This document shows positions 1-15,585 of a DNA stretch of 64,000 bases, in pieces. The stretch is from NCBI GenBank assembly GCA_009914755.4, contig CP068257.2, positions 34,304,001 through 34,368,000 on the forward strand. The letters run 5' to 3'. The first letter of the stretch is position 1. Each line of letters begins with the position of its first letter. Source of the stretch: the human T2T-CHM13v2.0 reference genome, Homo sapiens. The position numbers and the translations under genes are program-made. The notes beneath the pieces were generated by a model. It searched no databases, was not told the DNA's origin, and was given only the letters and a program-made list of their open reading frames with translations.

Positions 1-450
1 TGGAACCAACCCAAATGCCCATCAGTGATAGACTGGATAAAGAAAATGTGGTATATATACACCATGGAATACTATGCAGCCATAAAAAAAGAATGAGATC
101 ATGTCCTTTGCAGGGACATGGATAGAGCTGGAGGCCGTTATCCTTAGCAAACTAACCCAGGAACAGAAAACCAAATACCACATATTCTCACTCATAAGTG
201 AGAGCTACATGATGAGAACACATGGACACACAGGAACACATGGACACACAGAGGGGAACAACACACACTGGGGCCTATAGGAAGGTGAAGGGTGGGAGGA
301 GGGAGAGGATCAGGAAAAATAACTAATGGGTACTAGGCATAATAACTGGGTGATTAAATAATCTACACAACAAACCCCCATGACACAAGTTTACTTATGT
401 AACAAACCTGCACATGTAACTTAAACAAAAGTTTAATAATAATAATAAAC
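1..450 (+). mobile_element. LINE-1 3' end: ORF2 C-terminal remnant plus 3'UTR, ending in an (AAT)n/A-rich tail. The tail motif aacaaaagtYtaataataata is duplicated at 421-483.
   Basis: Matches the remembered L1PA 3' end, including cccaaatgcccatcagtgatagactggataaagaaaatgtggtatatatacaccatggaatactatgcagccataaaaaa and gtttacttatgtaacaaacctgcacatgtaacttaaa. Confidence 0.85.
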
Positions 451-2594
451 TTAACTTAAAACAAAAGTCTAATAATAATATTGATGCCAGCAGCTTCCCC
501 AGGACAATTCTATCAGAGTCACTGAGGATGGGTTGCAAGCAGTAAAGATTTTATAAAATGGATCAGGTGATGACATTGTACTGCCAGGATTATGTACATT
601 GAAAGGACCTAAAGCAAATATCAATAAATGATCTGCTCACAAAGAAGGGACTTAGCCAACCACAAAAAGGTTTAAGCAAGTCTGAGTGGCTGTCAGTATT
701 GTTACTATAGAGAAGTCCTGTATCAAGTGATCAGGCAGATGAGCTTTAGACTCCAGGGTAGAGAATGATTAAATTCCACTGAACAACAGAAACAGCCCAG
801 AGATTCCTAATGCAGAGGGAGCCGTGCCATGTTCAGACCATATTTCTTCCCTCCACCCCGTGCCAACTCAGTCTCCTGGAAAAAGAAGATGGAACCAGTC
901 CTCAGAGTGGATTTCTTTGTCCAAATGGACAGTTTGAGTCAGGGAACCATTTGTTTAGAATGGCTAAGAAAACTGAAAGTTTAGGGTAGAGCAAGGGGGG
1001 AAAGGGGGTACCCCAAGCCCCTGACATGGGTATTTTCATTTGAAGTTCTAAGACCTTATTTCTGCAAGGAGGCTCTTCTATCTCCCTGACTTCTACCCAT
1101 TGAGTCCCCAACCCAACTCCAGCTCTTTATATCAAGGCAAATTATTCTCTTTCTCATCACATTCTGTTCAACTGTGTGCAGATAGCTCGTGTTTCCCACC
1201 ATTTGCTGTTGCTAAGTCAAAGTCCACACAAGGTATTTAGTTCTTATGAATATACATCAGAGCCTGCAGCATCAAATACCAGATTCTCTGCCCTTCTCTG
1301 ATCTCTCTCCAGCTCTGCTTCTACACCTTTCTATTACTGAAGTCCCACAAATGTGTTAAAATATCCCAGCTGTGCTACCAGCAGCCCAGAACACGGAATA
1401 AACCATACTGATCTTACTCTTGAAAAAACTGTATTTCACGAACAGAATTCTTCCTCATTGTTTTATATCGTAACTGTCATTATGAGAGAAGACACCACTG
1501 CAGCCCCACATCCCGTGATCCAAGGGCAGATACCTAGCACATATCAGGTGAATATCTTGTTTCTCCATGTTAAATTGTGCTTAATTGTTTTTCTATTTGC
1601 AAACATAGGTCTCCTTCATACTGGGCATTGACCACAATGGGTGGCCAAAAAGAGAGAAGATTTTCTTGAATATGAATACAGATTTAAGCGGGAGAAATTG
1701 TTATAAATCATGGCACTGTCTTCCAAAGGCCGAGTGCACAGCATAAAACTTTCCCGGTTCATTTCAAGCCACTATTGAGTTCATCAATGCTTTATTTGTG
1801 AAAGTAAATTCTTAGCCTTACAAAACATCTATTCAAACATCAATGACTCAGAATTCTGGGACTTTCCTGCTAGTCTGGAAATCATGTTTATGATACAAGT
1901 GCCTAGTTAATAAAAGCCTGCCTTCCATGCGTCAAAGACCTTTATGATCTTAAAGAAAGAAAAAGTGGAGACGCTGCACTGGCTGCTTTCCTTTGTCCTT
2001 CTTTTGCTATGTCCATGATGTTTGTGAGGTTTTGTTGCACTTAAAATTAATTGGTGGATATTTGGGGCAGCGAAACTATGCTGCATGAGACTGTAATGGT
2101 GGATCTGTGTCTTTATATGTTTGTCCAAACCCACAGAATGTACAATGTGGAGGGTGAAACTTAGAGTAAACCACGGGCTCTGGGTGATGGACATGTAGCA
2201 ATGCAGGTTCATCAATTGGAATAAATGCACCACTCTGATGAGGGATGTTTCTAGTTGGGGAAGCCATGCATGTGTGGGGCCTGAGGTGTGTGGGAAATCT
2301 CTGCACCTTCCTCTCGGTTTTGCTGTGTACTTAAACTGGTCTAAAAAATAAGGTCTATTAATAAATAGATAAGTAACCAATCCTGTTGGAAGCTGGCCTT
2401 GCTACTGCACTCACAGGCTCTTAAAAATTTGAGGGAGAATGTTTCCCTTCAAAACACAGGAAAAGTGCAGGTAGGAGCATCGTGGAAGGCCACCTTTGGA
2501 AGCTGGAGATTTCTGGAGAGGTTGCTCCTCCCTTAGGATGTTTATACCTGCTGTTCTCCTTACCTAGAAATCTCTTTCCACAGGTTTTGAGTGA

Positions 2595-2954
<360 letters not shown>

Positions 2955-5002
2955 TAGAAGCCATCCCTGACAACGGTAAGGTGATGTATCTGCCAAAATG
3001 AGCAAGGAGAGAGAGACTGTGGTCCGAAGGATTGGCCCCCATCTCAGCCTCTCTCTGTGTCTATACCCTTGCCCAGCCTCATCGTGCAAAGAATGCATTT
3101 TATTTCCCCTTGACTTTCAGCTTGGCCATGTGACTTGCTTCAGCTGATGGCATGTGGGCAGAAGGAGAGTTTGCCAGGGCAGCCCAGACCTGAAGCAGCC
3201 TTTTGTTTTCCCATTTGCCTCCCAAACCTCTCCACCAGAAGAGCATGCCACTGCTAACCCCGTGGTTAACCTCCAACCCCAGGCAGAGAATGAGCGATGC
3301 CTGGAGCAGGACCACCCAGCCACACCCACCACGGGTGTGCAGCCACAATGAGTTCTCCTTTGCAGTCACTGAGTTTTGGGGTGCTACTATGTGGCATGAT
3401 GTGACAAATGATATAACAGGCGTGTGGAGTTCTCTTCATAAAGAGAACTTTATGGCACCCAGCAAGCATTTGTTGGCCATTTATCACTCTCCACATCAGT
3501 CTTGCAACCCCTTTTGCATTTTGAAATTACAGATGAAGACAAAGAATAATTAGCAAGTGCTCATATTGCTTATTATCGTAACATCTGTCATATTTATATC
3601 AAATTATTCTAAATGTGCAAAATATATGTTACCCATGAGATTGAAATATGCCCTGAGGTCAGAAACTCCACTGTAACCCACTGAAGATGAGCCAGCAAAG
3701 TCCATCAAGGCTGCCTACTTGGCTCTCTATGCTTCCCCAACTTGGTGCCATGTTGTCCCTGGCACTAACCTTACAGGAGGTTGGTAGAGGGTGGAAGAGA
3801 AAGGAAGGGGGGCAAAGGACAAGAGAGAAGTTAAGAAACTGCACTGACACTTGGTTGGAACCAACAGAATCTACTCCTTACAGGGACATCACGTCCTGAG
3901 ATATTTATGACTATTGCACAAGAGATCAAACGTCATCATCCTCTTGGGGAAATGGCTTCAAAACCCATGAGGCAGTTTATAAGCTCTGAAATCTCCTAAC
4001 AAATGAATGGAAAATTTCTTTGGAGGTTCCATGATTTGTCTGCCAACTCCCAAGAATACGCACATACAGGCACACACAGCTGCATCCAGACCTTCCACCT
4101 CTTGCTGCTGTCAACTTTGTTAGCTGAGACAGGCCAAGACATACTCACCAGCCCCTTGCTGAGATGTGACTCACCTCTCATACCCTCTTTCCCAACATCG
4201 TCATCAATGCCACCTCCCCTTCCCACAGGCTACTCCTCACCACCAAACCACCAGAAGGTGTACAGTGGCCACAGCCATGGTGAGACACCAGCAGACTCCC
4301 ACATCCCTTGCGGATTTATTTGGTTTCATCGATGCATTAGACCACACATGGGAAGAAAATGAGCAAGTGCAAGAGAAAGGTTTCTTTGATCCTAAATCTG
4401 GAAATGAAATATATTTACATAAAGCCATGAAAAGCCAGAAATGGCCAATGAGAAACCACAGCTTGACTCTCAGAGTTAAACACCATTATCAAGCTTTTGT
4501 ATGTCCTTAATGGCTCCTAAAAGCTCCATTTAAAAACAAACCAAAACTCTGGCCAGAGCTGAAGAGACTCTTACAATCAGTGAGGCCTGGGCCTGGGTGA
4601 GATCCGTCAAGCTTGTAAACCTCTCATTCCACCCCTCACCACTCCCCTCACCCAGTGGCATTAACACCCGTGAGCTTCACCCATACATAACTCAGCTCAG
4701 CCACTCTTATTATCTTGGCAGCCTCCGGGAGCCTTTCGCCAAGGTTCTGGGCTCTTTCAGTCAACATGACCAATTCCACATCCTTTTATTAATTACTAAC
4801 CATTTCCCCTTGTAGTCAGCCCTGAAATCCCTGCTTTGATCTGCCTGACAGGTCACATGGTGTGTGCTTCTGAACACAACCCCTCCCATGGCCGACTTCG
4901 AACTGGCAAGCCTGGCAGACATACACACAAGCTAGAAAGACATTTCCTGTAGATACAAGAAAAAGAGGGAGTTCTACCAGGAAACCAATGGCCACAGAGA
5001 AT

Positions 5003-5346
5003 TTTTGTTAATTCATTCTTATATATAATAAATAGATTATTTATTATTAATAAATAATCTATTTATTAATTATAATAAATAATCTATTTATTAATTATAA
5101 TAAATAATCTATTTATTAATTATAATAAATAATCTATTTATTAATTATAATAAATAATCTATTTATTAATTATAATAAATAATCTATTAATAAATAACTT
5201 GTTTATTAATTATAATAAATAATTTATTAATAAGTGATTTGTTTATTAATTATTAATAATTTATTAATTATTAATAAATAATTTATTTATTAATTATTAA
5301 TGATTTTTAATTATTAATTAATATTAAATTTATTTATTTATTAATA
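5003..5346. repeat. AT-rich minisatellite, 25-bp unit ctatttattaattataataaataat. About six perfect copies at 5055-5190, then degenerate copies.
   Basis: The tandem periodicity is directly visible in the sequence. Confidence 0.85.
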
Positions 5347-5895
5347 GCCTGTTGGTATGTATTTAAGAGCAAAATAACAGTGGCTGTCAAAAACACCCTA
5401 CATCCTGTCCAATTAGAGAGACCATAACTTATTTAGATCACAAAAAGACCACGATTCTGAAACCTGAAGTCTAATGAGCTGAATTATGTGCTTAACGGAG
5501 AAGACTCATGGATGAGCCCTCTTGCAGCTTCTGTTAACCTTTTCTGAAGGCACTGGGTCCTCCACAGATCCTGACTGCAGGCAGAATGGCTGGAATGATG
5601 AGATGCCTGTCTTGTAACCAAGACCAGGACATAAGCAGATGCCATTCATCCAGACCCACTTTCTTCCTTGGACCACTGTCTATATAAACAGCCTTTCTGT
5701 TATTTCCAGTGTGGCATTACAACAAACCAGACACATTTTTCAGGGCACATTGATCTATCCCAAGGGTGTAGGTCTATTAATTCCCTCGAGGCTGACAGTG
5801 GATGCTTCCAGGGAAATCTGAAGGCAAGCACACAACTGAATTTAATGAAAATGATTGATTTTTTTTGGTCCACCCCAAGTATCAAAAAGAAAACA

Positions 5896-6207
5896 GGCCA
5901 GGCAAGGTGGTCCGCACCTGTAATCCCAGCATTTTGGGAATCTAAGGCAGGAGGATAGCTTGAGCCTAGTAGTTTGAGACCAGCCTCGGCAGCATAGTGA
6001 GACCCCATCTCTACAAAAAAAAAAAAAAAAATTAATTAGCTGGGCATAGTGGTGCTTGCCTGTAGTCCTAGCTACTGGGAAGGCTGAGGTGGGAGGATCA
6101 CTTGAGCCCAGGAGTCTGAGGCTACAGTGATCAGTGATTCAATGATTGCACCACTCTACTCCAGCCTGGGCAATATGGTCTCTGTGAAAACAGAAAATAA
6201 AAAATAC
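5896..6207 (+). mobile_element. Alu SINE, full length
   Basis: ggccaggcaaggtggtccgcacctgtaatcccagc ... A-rich linker ... gcaccactctactccagcctgggcaa. Confidence 0.9.
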
Positions 6208-7363
6208 AACAAACAGCCATTAACAGACTCAAATTGGTTGGCAAGAGTCAGATCCCACATCAGCTAAAATTGCCACATGATATAAAACACTAAATAATAA
6301 ATGTTTACCTTTATTAAACATTCAGACCATTTCTGGTTAAGAAAACCCTGAACCTTTTTCACTGCATGGCTTAAGATGCAGGTAAGCTAACCATCATCCT
6401 TCCTTTCTCTTGGCAACACTTACGCATACAGATCGGTAATGCCCATCCCACTGCAATAAAAAAAAAAAATACCACATCGACTCTACATCTGCTGCAATTA
6501 TCGTCTGGTGTGAAGATCAAAGGGGCCTTTTCCCCTGGCAGATTACTCGTCTACAGTTCCCTGGCCTGTCAGTGTGGTCTCAGCTGCTCCCACTTGTCCC
6601 ATTGCTGCTCAGGAATCAGCAGCCGCCTAGATCTTCCAGCTATGTGACTGGGCTCGTAATGACAGTAATTGCCAGTCTGTTAAGTCACCTCCAACCAAAA
6701 AGGAAAATGCCTTCCAGACACACTTCTCAGGCCCATGTGAAGAGATAGGAATGAATTCATAAAAGAAAATTATCCAGTCCTGTTTATACAATGCCACTAT
6801 GACCAACAGGCTTTTTTCTTATTAATGGCTTTCATTTCTGGGCCACACAGTGGAACAAAGCGCTTATATGTCCACTCCTTGAGACCATTAAGTCCTTGAC
6901 TTGCTTTGACCATTAAGAAGCCCAAAGAGAGGTGTAGGTCTACCCTTGTACCAGTTCCTCTCTCCCCAAAGTATTTTTGGGGCTGGGGTTGCCTTTGGGA
7001 TTATACTTGCCCAGAAAAGAGACCATCTGGGTTCTTATCTGCAATGGGAGCTACATGAGATTTAAGCTACGTTCCTTCTCATTTCCTCACTACTTTTCTG
7101 TTTACCTTTGATCCTTGTTGGTTATTGTAGGAAGACGTGATTGGTATGGCAATGGGATAATATGTATGACAGTTTCAGTCTTATTTTCCCAGTACAACAT
7201 GCCAGTTGGATAATTCCTCTGAGTAAATATTAACATGAACATTTTCAATATAAAGCCCATTAGCATCCACAAAACTTTGGAATTGTATGTATATGTTGGA
7301 TTATACTTTCACAGAGGTGGATTTAAAGAGGTGAAATTTTGGCTGCAATAAAAGATTCATTCA

Positions 7364-7664
7364 GCTGGGTGTGGTGGTTCACACCTGTAATCCCAGCACT
7401 ATGGGAGGCCGAGGCGGGTGGATCACGAGGTCAAGAGATAGAGACCATCCTGGCCAACATTGTGAAACCCTGTCTCTACTAAAAATACAAAAATTCGCTG
7501 GGCATGGTAGCATGCACCTGTAGTCCCAGCCACTCAGGAAGCTGAGGCAGGGGAATCCCTTGAATCCAGGAGGCAGAGGTTGCAGTGAACTGAGATTTGT
7601 GCCACTGCACTCCAGCCTGGCAACATAGCAAGACTCCATCTCAGGAAAAAAAAAAAAAAAAAAA
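7364..7664 (+). mobile_element. Alu SINE with a 19-nt A tail, flanked by the TSD aaaagattcattc
   Basis: Alu consensus match. The 13-bp direct repeat lies immediately 5' of the element and 3' of the A tail. Confidence 0.9.
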
Positions 7665-8369
7665 GATTCATTCATTAATGTAATCAGATAATGTACACCT
7701 ACTTTAAATGTATATAGAATATATCCTTGGAAACACTTGTGTGCTGCTTGAAGTCTCTTATTCTCAGCTCCACTCTCTCTCCTTTCTCCTCCCCTGTGAC
7801 CCAGGAGCAGAAAGCCTGGAAACTACATTTTCCAAATCCCTCTTGCCAATCAGCCTCTTGTTAGCTTCTACAATGGGAGGCACTAGTAGCAAACTGGAGG
7901 TGGAAGCAAGGGAGATGCTATTTTTTCCATCTTCTGGTAGTGCCTCTAGAGATGGTGGTGGCAGCAGCAAAGGCTGGCAAGGGTGGCTTCTGGGATTCTG
8001 CTGGGTCAGCTCAGTGTTAATAGCAACAATCTTGGTGGATCAGCAAGCATCATGTTCTCTTTGGCTTTCAAGCCTAGGGGGATAGTGACTTCCTGCAGTT
8101 ACCAATCTGTAAGTAAGCTTGACTCCCTGTATTTACTCCTTCGTTCCTCTCAAATCATGCACCACCAATTTGTATGAAATTCCTTCTCTGAAATATTTAC
8201 AGCGGTTTCTAGACAGAATAATGCACTGATTGGACACTGACTGATAACTTATCATGCAAATAATTTATCCCCACACACTGTATTTGCTATGAAGCAAATG
8301 TTAATCAGATGGTTAAAGATGATACGGTAACAATAAGGTCATTTCATTCAGTCTCCAAATTCATGGCAG

Positions 8370-8658
<289 letters not shown>

Positions 8659-8687
8659 GATGATATGGTAATGCTAAGGTCATTTCA

Positions 8688-8920
<233 letters not shown>

Positions 8921-9854
8921 CTAAGACTCTATAAAACAGCCAGATGAGTGGTCCAATCCCCTTTCCAAATAGCTTTGGTTTCAATTTTATGTTTGTTGGC
9001 TTGGGGTCCGTCCATCTGGGTCATGTATTGGGCCAGTGTGGGATCTCAGGCATTGTTACTGGGTTCGCACGGCTGTTCCCTAACCTAACATGGCAGCATT
9101 AGATGCCAGCACTTTGATCCATGCACACACACAGGATATAGACATAAGAGCTTCCCAAACCAACTGGAAAGAGTCCCAGTGGGAATACTCCACGACATAT
9201 TCATCAAAGTCAAATGCAGAGCAAATTGACCTGGCTCATTAATTATGAAAATTCTCTCACAAAGTGACATGTTGCTAACTATGTGGAAGCTTAGCACATT
9301 TTCACGTGGTTCTTTTTGTCTACTTGGATCCAAAATGTCACATTTAGTAATGCGTTGAGGTTTTCTTTTCCTTACTTAGGAAGAAAAAGCTATTTTATGC
9401 CGAACCCACATCTAAATATATATACTCGTGTGTTTACATATGCCCACTATGTGGATAGAGGTAGCCTGTTGGTAAGAAGGAAGTTTGCTATGCCAGAATT
9501 TGTTTTACAAAGATATATAGAAGGAATTTGAAAAATAAATGTTGATTATTTTAAAACCCTTGAATCTATGTTGAGCGCCTGTCCCCCCTGGACTAACTGG
9601 GCAAATTCAGACATCATATGAAAACCTGGCCTTATTTCTCTACATATGTTGGCTAAAGCAGTGAAAAGAACATGGGCCTCTCTCCACCATCACTGAAAGG
9701 AATTTCAGTTCCTTAGGTCTTTCATTTCCTCTCTCAAAATGTAGGAATGAGAACTTTCAGAAGCTCACAAAAGTTACCCTTCTATATTCAGGCCTTTTAT
9801 CTAAACTGAGATGGTCATTATGTACTGCTTGACTTTTAAAAGCTCCTAAATGTG

Positions 9855-10148
<294 letters not shown>

Positions 10149-11927
10149 GCTCCTAAATGTGCCTACTGAATCTTATGACAATGCCTGATCATTGAAAATC
10201 CTTTCTGGATCAGTTAGGTTATTAGTTTGGCTATCATTAAAAAAGGTCAAAGTAACAGTAACTTAAATTGATAATAGTTTATTTATTTTAAATATGGTCT
10301 AATCATAAATATTCAAAGTGTTATAACACTCCATAGTATCAGAGTTCCCGCTCTTCCTGTCCTGCTGTTCTGCCATCCAAAACACATAGCACGTGCATAC
10401 CTGTGCATACCTAAGCCTGTGCATAGAGGCCCCACAGCAACTCTGCACATAGCCCTCAAGGTCACATCCCACGGGCCATGTGGCAGTTCTTGCTGCAAGG
10501 GAAGCTGGGAAACATAACCTTTGTTCTGGGCTGCATTGGACTCAACTTTACTAAAGGAAAGGGATGGCTGAGACCAGCCATGTCTGCCACAGCCTTCTTT
10601 TCATTAAGGTGCAGCGTTTCCCTAAGTATTGGCACAGAGAAGGCACAAAATAGATATGTGTTCAATGAACAAATAAACAAATGAATAAATAAAATTCTTC
10701 AGGGAATGCTTATCTGAAAACAGACATGAAAACAGTTTGCTAGGATATTCACGGTTGGTTGTTTTCATCAATTTCTCAGAGGAGAAATTTAGTTTTTATT
10801 AGATCATTAAATCAATTTAAACAGACATATATTTGTATATCAGCATCAGGAAGAGCAATGTAAATGTCCTACGGGTGACATCATCATATTCTTCCCCAGC
10901 ATTTCTCAAACCTATCTAGCCATGGAACCCTTTGTCAGAGAACATTTACTAATGATTTACAAGACATTCATGAAAAATACTCTCCTGCCTAAAATCTTAG
11001 CAGAAAAATAGAATTCAGCCATTTATCCACTTAGGATAGGACCATAAAGAAGTCAATATACATGTAAATAAACTACATTTTTTTAAAGCAACAAGAGAGA
11101 AGTCTTTTCAGCACATACTATTAACAGTCCCATAGTATCTTCCAATGGCTGTGAATAACTAGTAGGTTGACCTGCCACCTTACATAATGTCTTCATCTCC
11201 CCAGTAATTTCCCAATAATCCTGGAGTACTGGAAATGGAAGACACCTTAAAATGGTATCAAAGCCATTCGTCGGCCTTCAGATCCTAATGTCACTAAACT
11301 AACTGAGAGAAACCAACATCAGAGCAAAACCTCATGACATGAGCTCATTCCTACACAGGGTCTGGAAAACATCACTTCCACTTTAAGTACACACTAAAAA
11401 AGGATGATGATTCAGACAGACAATCTTAGCTGCACTGCGCGGGTGGACAAGGGGATTGTAACCAGCCATCCAGGAAATCTGGCATCTGTCCAGAAAACAA
11501 GTCTAAATTTTGAAAGGTCTCTGCCTAACACATTCAGTTTATGTCCACAGGTCTCTGAGGAAGTGCACTTATAAAGAGGAGATGACTACGTTAGAAATTA
11601 TGACTGAGGCAGCTTTTGCGCTGTAACTCTTGCTTAAAAGGGAAGTACGCCAGTTCCCCTTTGAAACAGTTTCTAAGCAGCAGGTGGCTACCACCAGGAA
11701 GCCAGGCACACGATGCAGCAGTATTGATATCTGGCTGTGTTGTACAGATCTTCCCTTTATCCATTCGAAGGATGTGAAAGCGAGGGCAGAGGGTAGAATT
11801 TTTAGCTGGTAATGGTCTCTTTTAATCAAAGAACTCAATAAATTACAAAGAGACTGAGTCACTTGTCCTGTCTCAAAGAAATGTCATAAGAATAGCTCAG
11901 GGCAGTAAAGGAAGTTTAATTAACGCA

Positions 11928-12296
<369 letters not shown>

Positions 12297-13984
12297 CTAA
12301 AATAGGTTGGGACAATCTATTAGCCAACTATCTACACTCTCCCACCATAGTTTTCATTATTGCATTAATGAAAGCTGAGTCTCCAGAAATTAAAAAAGAC
12401 TGTTTCTCAACCTATCTAAGCTGCAATCCGTTTTAATGAAGCTAAGTATAGAGACAGAGGGAACCTAGATAATAATAGAAATAACTGTGCTAATGTTTAA
12501 AAGAAGAAAAGAATGAGGTTAAGGTTAATTGCAGTAAATAATAATGAAAAATGTGTGTTATTCAATATAGTCACTAAAAGGATGAAAATATTTTCAAATA
12601 TGACTCATTCCAGTTGAAACAGGAAGGGAAGTAAAAGCATCAACATCTGACAAGACATTAAACTCCCTAAGTCAGAGCAGCGCTGCCCCTGTGGGGAAGA
12701 AACTATCCTCCTCCCAATGGCACAGAACCAACTCACTCAAGCCAGGCGCCTCTGGAGAAAGTCACTGAATCACATATGTGTGTGCACACACACACACGAC
12801 AATAGCCAGCCAGAGAGTGAGAAAGAAAGAGGGTATACTGACCCCTAAAGGACCAAGGCAGACTGTAGACATCTTTCAAGAAGGAAAGGAATGAAGAAAA
12901 AAAAAGGCAATAGATAATTTAGCTCAAAATCATGTTGGGAGAGGGTTGACCAGTTCTTGGACCCAGGGATCTTGAGAGAAAGAGTAGATGAGCCCAAATG
13001 TCCTCAGTAGGCACTTGAGGTAAGGAGCCAAGAGCTGACTTAGAAGGAGAAGGAAGGAGGACCCACAGGAATAATAAAGCAAGAAGGAGAGCACTTAAAT
13101 ACACCACATGTCTTCAAATTCGCAGGCCCTAGGGATTTGTAACTTGTTACAAAGTTATTTCTGAAGGCTAGAAAAATGTACAGAAAACATATGCTGCTTC
13201 AAAAGTGGGAGTGGAGAGAGTGGGAGAAAGGGATGACCTGCTTCTGTGAATAAATGTTCCTATTGTAATTCCTTAACTGGCAAAGTACTTTTGTGTAAAT
13301 GATACTTTGTAAACCCATAGGCAGAAACCTAGCTGAGAAATAATCAGCACAAATAGGCAGAGTACAAATGCGTATTTATGCAACTTTCTCGGTTTTTTAT
13401 TTCTTAAAAAAAAGCACTAAACTTCACATTTACAGAAGAATGAAAGGCGTGTCATTTGTTTTAATTTTTTAAGATGTTGATTTAATCTAATCAAGATTTT
13501 GGTGCAAGTGGAATCAACTACCTTAGGAAGGCAGATAGAATTAGAGTCTTGATGTGCAACTCAAATCTAGATGTTTCCTCCTGACTTTCCCCCAGCTCAG
13601 CCTCCTCATCCAACTGCCATTGGACCCTCCACCTTCCCAGACTGAACTCAGTACTTCCCCTTCCTTCACTCTATCTCCTCTTCCATTTTCATCTCTCCTT
13701 CTCCTCTCAACCCTCTTGCACTCTTTCCTAGACCTCAGTTAATGAAGTCGGCATCCATCCAACCTCCAACGCAAGAAATATTTTGAAAAACCCCTGCTTG
13801 AAATAAATGTCACTTCCTTCACTTATAGAATAAAATCCAAACTCTCCCAGCATCATAGAGAAAAGTTCTTCACATATAAGTGCCCATCTACCTTTCAAAC
13901 CTGTCTCCGCTCCTTACCCTATGCTCCCAACACACCCAATTATCCTCCAAGCCCCCAAATCCAATCACATTCCCTTCATCTGGG

Positions 13985-14450
13985 GTGCCCTCCAGGTCTT
14001 TGCCCGGGGAAATGCTATCCACTCCAAGACTCAGCTGAAACACCACCTCTCTGTGAAGACATCCCTAACTCCCCAGGCATAGTCTGTACATCTCTCTTTT
14101 ATCCCTCTATCGCCTTGGGTTAATATAATAGTGTTTCCCCTGTTTCTGGTAATTGATCTGTTTTTAAGACTCTCTTCCTGAGTGGAAAGCAAGAAGATAT
14201 TGCCTTCATCTTTGCATGTGAGCACTAAGCACCTTGGTCACCTTACCTAAAGGGAACACGCTTCCTGCTATGTTTTTCTCCCTAGCGCTACCATATACTT
14301 GCTTGTTTACTTGTTTATTACCTGTCTCCCTCCACTGGACTATGAACTACATGAAAGCAGGTATTTTTGTCTATTCTGCTCTCCTCTGTAGCATCAATGC
14401 CCTGAATAATGCCTGGCACATGATAGGCACTTAATACATATTTGCATGAA
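13985..14450 (+). mobile_element. MLT1-like ERVL-MaLR solo LTR with a MIR-like 3' end
   Basis: ccactggactatgaactacatgaaagcagg ... gcctggcacatgataggcacttaatacatatttgcatgaa resembles the MLT1 3' consensus (ccactagactgtgagctccttgagggcagg ... gcctggcacatagtaggtgctcaataaatatttgttgaatgaa). Confidence 0.45.
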
Positions 14451-14905
14451 CGTGGATCCAAAATGACTTAGAACAGTGTCTAACACATTCAACATACAAG
14501 TACCTCCTACTCCCTAGAATTTTTCTCAGTATTCCTCCAATTCTCCCTCCACCTCCTCTGCATTCCTACCATGACTACATGAGGTTCCACAATACTTGGC
14601 ATTTCATCCATTAATGTATTTTAATCTTGTCTTTCTAAGGAGATTATAAAAATCCCAAGGACAGGTGCCACGTCTTTTAAGAAAGTCAATGTTAAGTATA
14701 ACTCATGCTAGGCACTTCCATGCTTATTGGATCACTTAAGTTTTTTTCCCAAACATCCTGCAAAATTATTTTAGTATTCCAGGTTGACAAATAAACTAAC
14801 AGAGGTGCAGATCTACCTAAATTCACATGGCCTTTAAGTAGCTATTCAAATCGGTTTTGACTCTAACTTTTATGTTCTTTCCAGTACTTCACACCGCATC
14901 TGTTA

Positions 14906-15585
<680 letters not shown>

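Noticed and set aside
3100-3560. Cluster of overlapping short ORFs on both strands at 3100-3560
   Set aside because: They are mutually overlapping in several frames and only 65-116 aa long. They carry no recognisable motifs and are typical noise in moderately GC-rich non-repeat DNA.
5003-5346. Regular direct repeats at 5003-5346, 21325-21893 and 43050-43180 considered as possible CRISPR arrays
   Set aside because: They are head-to-tail tandem arrays with no unique spacers between repeats. The surrounding sequence is primate nuclear DNA full of Alu, L1 and LTR elements, so these are minisatellites, not CRISPR.
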